This document shows positions 60,346 through 64,000 of a DNA stretch of 64,000 nt, in pieces. Position 1 is the stretch's first letter; each line of letters begins with the position of its first letter. The translations under genes and the position numbers were made by a program. The notes below the pieces were generated by a model, which was given only the letters and a program-made list of their open reading frames with translations, was not told the DNA's origin and did no database searches. The stretch comes from Macrostomum lignano (lineage: Eukaryota). Location of the stretch: contig NIVC01003234.1 in NCBI GenBank assembly GCA_002269645.1, forward strand, positions 1 to 64,000. Direction: 5' to 3'.

Positions 60346-62044
60346 GTGAGTGAAGCGGAGTCTCAGAAATGCCTGTCGTTTTTGCTTCTTTTACAAGAAG
60401 ATTTTAGCGACAAAGCCTCGAAATTCGAAGTCGCAGCAGTTTCATTCTGTGTCCCCATCCAGCCAGTGAGTACGGTGCTCATTATGCAAATGGTGCTGGC
60501 GTTGATGGGCAAGTTTTATGACTCAAGCAATCAGCAGCACCGATTTCTGCTGTTAATGCCTGCGCGCCCGCCCCCCCCCTCCCCCAGGCGACTTTGACAG
60601 TTTATGCAAATAATTGCCTGTTGCAACTTATCTTCCGCAAATCCCCGGGAGCCAGAAATCCCTTCTCAGCCTCGTCCCCGCTATTTCCCCTCCCCTCTTT
60701 CCCCCACTTCTCCGTCCCTAAGCTCTGGGCCGTGTCTTTTAAAAAACACAGGCCATGGTAACAAATTGTGGAGTGCTGCATCTGTCGAGTATTGCTGAGA
60801 GGCCGCGGCCCGGCCACTTGTGGCTGCTGAAAGTTGCAGCGACGAGTTGGCAAACAGCCTCGGACCCCGGCCGGGCGCGCAGTCTGTTTATCCACAGCCC
60901 CGCTCTCAACATCTGTCAGAAGCTTTCTGCCATCGATTCCCGACTTTCAACTTGGCCTTGAGAAGCCCCAGAGCCCGCAAAACTGTCTCCTAGCGGGCCT
61001 GCAGCTTCTCCGCCTGGCCCGTTCATTCTCCATCATCTTCGGCGCACCTCGCAGCCCGCGGACCCCTTGGGAGCAGCGGTGGGGGAGACGGCAGCAAGGA
61101 TGGCCACTGGAACACCGGGACAAAGTGAGGAGTGGCTGAGGACAGAGGAAGATATGAGGCAGAGAGGCAGAGGGTGGACAGGCAACTTGGGGCGGGCGTC
61201 ACTCTGGAGTCTTGTTTGCCGTGAGTTATCAGTTTTATTTAAAGAGAGTCAGTAATTTCCGCCTCTAACAAATTTTCCCATAATTATCCCCGGACAGCGC
61301 CCAGCTCTGCCCCTCCTAGTCACCTGGGATAAGCCGAGCTCTCAGGACTCACCATTATTACAGAGTCCCCCCCGGTCGCAGCACTCAGCCTCCGCCTTTG
61401 CCTGCGTCTTCCCTTTTCCTTTCCTTCCTCTCCATCCCCAGCATCTCCCGTCTTCATCAACTCCCGTCTCTGTTTCCCCCTGATGGCTGCTGGGTAAAGT
61501 TTGAGTTGTCACCGGCACACCGGGCTGTAATCTGTCAATTTCATCAGCACCTCCTTGCCGTCCCCCGCCTCTTTCGGCCCTCCCAGCCTCCCTGGGCCTC
61601 ATCAGCAGTGCCGAGCTGTCGTGTCCGCATTCTGGGCTGCCCTCACCGGAGCAGCCCGGCATGTGCGGCCGAGAGGCAGGCCGGGAAAGCGGGCCAGCCA
61701 CCCCAGATAAAAGTTAATTAAATCTCTGAGCTGACAAACTTTGCAGCCTCCGGTGTCAGGCAGATGTAGCGAGCGGCCTTAATCCCCTGCTGCACCCGTC
61801 AATGGCCTGTCTTGAGCAGGCTTCCCAGCTTCCTAGCTTTTCCCTGAAATCCCGCCATTTTGGAGGCTGGTCCCGGGGCTCGAATCGCTACTTGCTCCCC
61901 GCGTTTCTCTGCTCGTCGGACTGGGAGGATTCTCCCAAGATTTTTCTCCTCACTTATTTTTACACAGCTGTCGCGGAGTTGCAGCGCTCTGAGATTTTTG
62001 TCTTTCTGCCTGGCAGCGTCGGATTGGGAATGCTGAGTGGCTGG

Positions 62045-63500
62045 GGAGGTGGCTGAAACAACTGGCATTGTGGAAACTGCAGAGTGGCTGGGGAGGTGGC
62101 TGAAACGACTGGCATTGTGGAAACTGCAGAGTGGCACTTGTTGGCATGGCAACTGGCATTATGGAAACTGCAGAGTGGCACTGTTGGCATGGCAACTGGC
62201 ATTATGGAAACTGCAGAGTGGCACTTGTTGGCATGGCAACTGGCATTATGGAAACTGCAGAGTGGCACTTGTTGGCATGGCAACTGGCATTATGGAAACT
62301 GCAGAGTGGCACTCGTTGGCATGACAACTGGCATTATGAAAACTGCAGAGTGGCACTTGTTGGCATGGCAACTGGCATTATGAAAACTGCAGAGTGGCAC
62401 TTGTTGGCATGGCAACTGGCATTATGAAAACTGCAGAGTGGCACTTGTTGGCATGGCAACTGGCATTATGAAAACTGCAGAGTGGCACTTGTTGGCATGG
62501 CAACTGGCATTATGGAAACTGCAGAGTGGCACTTGTTGGCATGGCAACTGGCATTATGAAAACTGCAGAGCGGCACTTGTTGGCATGACAACTGGCATTA
62601 TGGAAACTGCAGAGTGGCACTTTTTGGCATGGCAACTGGCATTATGAAAACTGCAGAGTGGCACTTGTTCGCATGACAACTGGCATTATGGAAACTGCAG
62701 AGTGGCACCTGTTGGCATGGCAACTGGCATTATGGAAACTGTACAGTGGCACTTGTTCGCATGACAACTGGCATTATGGAAACTGCAGAGTGGCACTTGT
62801 TGGCATGGCAACTGGCATTATGGAAACTGTACAGTGGCACTTGTTGGCATGGCAACTGGCATTATGGAAACTGCAGAGTGGCACTTGTTGGCATGGCAAC
62901 TGGCATTATGGAAACTGTACAGTGGCACTTGTTGGCATGGCAACTGGCATTATGGAAACTGTACAGTGGCACTTGTTCGCATGACAACTGGCATTATGGA
63001 AACTGCAGAGTGGCACTTGTTGGCATGGCAACTGGCATTATGAAAACTGCAGAGCGGCACTTGTTGGCATGACAACTGGCATTATGGAAACTGCAGAGTG
63101 GCACTTTTTGGCATGGCAACTGGCATTATGAAAACTGCAGAGTGGCACTTGTTCGCATGACAACTGGCATTATGGAAACTGCAGAGTGGCACCTGTTGGC
63201 ATGGCAACTGGCATTATGGAAACTGTACAGTGGCACTTGTTCGCATGACAACTGGCATTATGGAAACTGCAGAGTGGCACTTGTTGGCATGGCAACTGGC
63301 ATTATGGAAACTGTACAGTGGCACTTGTTGGCATGGCAACTGGCATTATGGAAACTGCAGAGTGGCACTTGTTGGCATGGCAACTGGCATTATGGAAACT
63401 GTACAGTGGCACTTGTTGGCATGGCAACTGGCATTATGGAAACTGTACAGTGGCACTTGTTCGCATGACAACTGGCATTATGGAAACTGCAGAGTGGCAC
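62045..63500. repeat. 44-bp tandem repeat (ggcacttgttggcatggcaactggcattatggaaactgcagagt) with a 484-bp higher-order duplication
   Basis: About 33 units. ORFs 62658..62984 and 63142..63468 are identical and 484 bp (11 units) apart. Confidence 0.96.
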
Positions 63501-64000
63501 CTGTTTGTGAGACCAGTAGCACAGAGCCAGCGCAATTAACAAGAATGTCAACCTGAGTTTTCAAAATGCTTCGATCAAAACTGTGAAGGGACAAAACTTT
63601 AAGTTCTCAATCTCGAAAGCAGAAATCTGCTTCTCGGGGAGAGGGGGCCAGAAGACAGCGAGCAAGCAGCCATGAAACTCATCTGTTGCAGTTTCCTCTC
63701 AAGGAGGCGATGATGAATCAGGCCCCCAGCACTCATAAGCCTGCAGGTGAGCTTCCTCCCCAGCTCTCTCCTAGAGTGGCCCATATTTTATGGCTTAATG
63801 CTGCACTCCCCCAAAACAAGGCTGCAATGAAAAGCCGGGAGCGCAGATTTCTCGGATGGGATCCGGCGCCCCCCTCCCCCCCTTATTTTTCCCAGTTCCC
63901 GGCCAGGCTGCCGTTCTCAGCACCGAGAGTGATGGGGAAGAGGCGAGGCTGGGAGAGGCTCGGGATCAGAAGTTCTGAGCAGGCTGCGAGAGTGATTAGA

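Noticed and set aside
61609-61715. Candidate next MYT1-like exon (S-AELSCPHSGLP..)
   Set aside because: The acceptor and phase fit, but it deviates from SLSGCP and has only a weak donor, so it was not included in the gene model.

Overview
Eukaryotic, intron-rich animal DNA with GC-rich exons, AT-rich intergenic tracts and about 25 different tandem-repeat arrays, many filling introns. This style suggests a flatworm such as Macrostomum (inference, not proven). Genes identified by manual alignment to remembered family motifs: a >1000-aa IFIT-like TPR protein (minus strand), IFT57, an RMDN/FAM82 protein whose coding exon end is hit by a tRNA-derived SINE, a LITAF-domain protein, a paraplegin/SPG7-like m-AAA subunit with its Zn-protease motif replaced, a peroxisomal NUDT7-like CoA diphosphatase, ANKRD27/VARP (with an intronic tRNA-Leu(CAG)), and the 5' part of a MYT1/ST18-type CCHHC zinc-finger gene. 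Mobile DNA: two Tc1 deletion derivatives, two MITEs, one MULE-like element and several SINE copies. Several genes carry apparent single-base deletions, often in short homopolymers, so frameshifts are probably consensus errors. Most long ORFs in the supplied track are artefacts of tandem repeats. The most notable candidates are the invertebrate IFIT-like gene, the SINE insertion that displaces a splice donor, the protease-dead SPG7 paralog, and satellites built from splice-donor or RFX X-box-like motifs.
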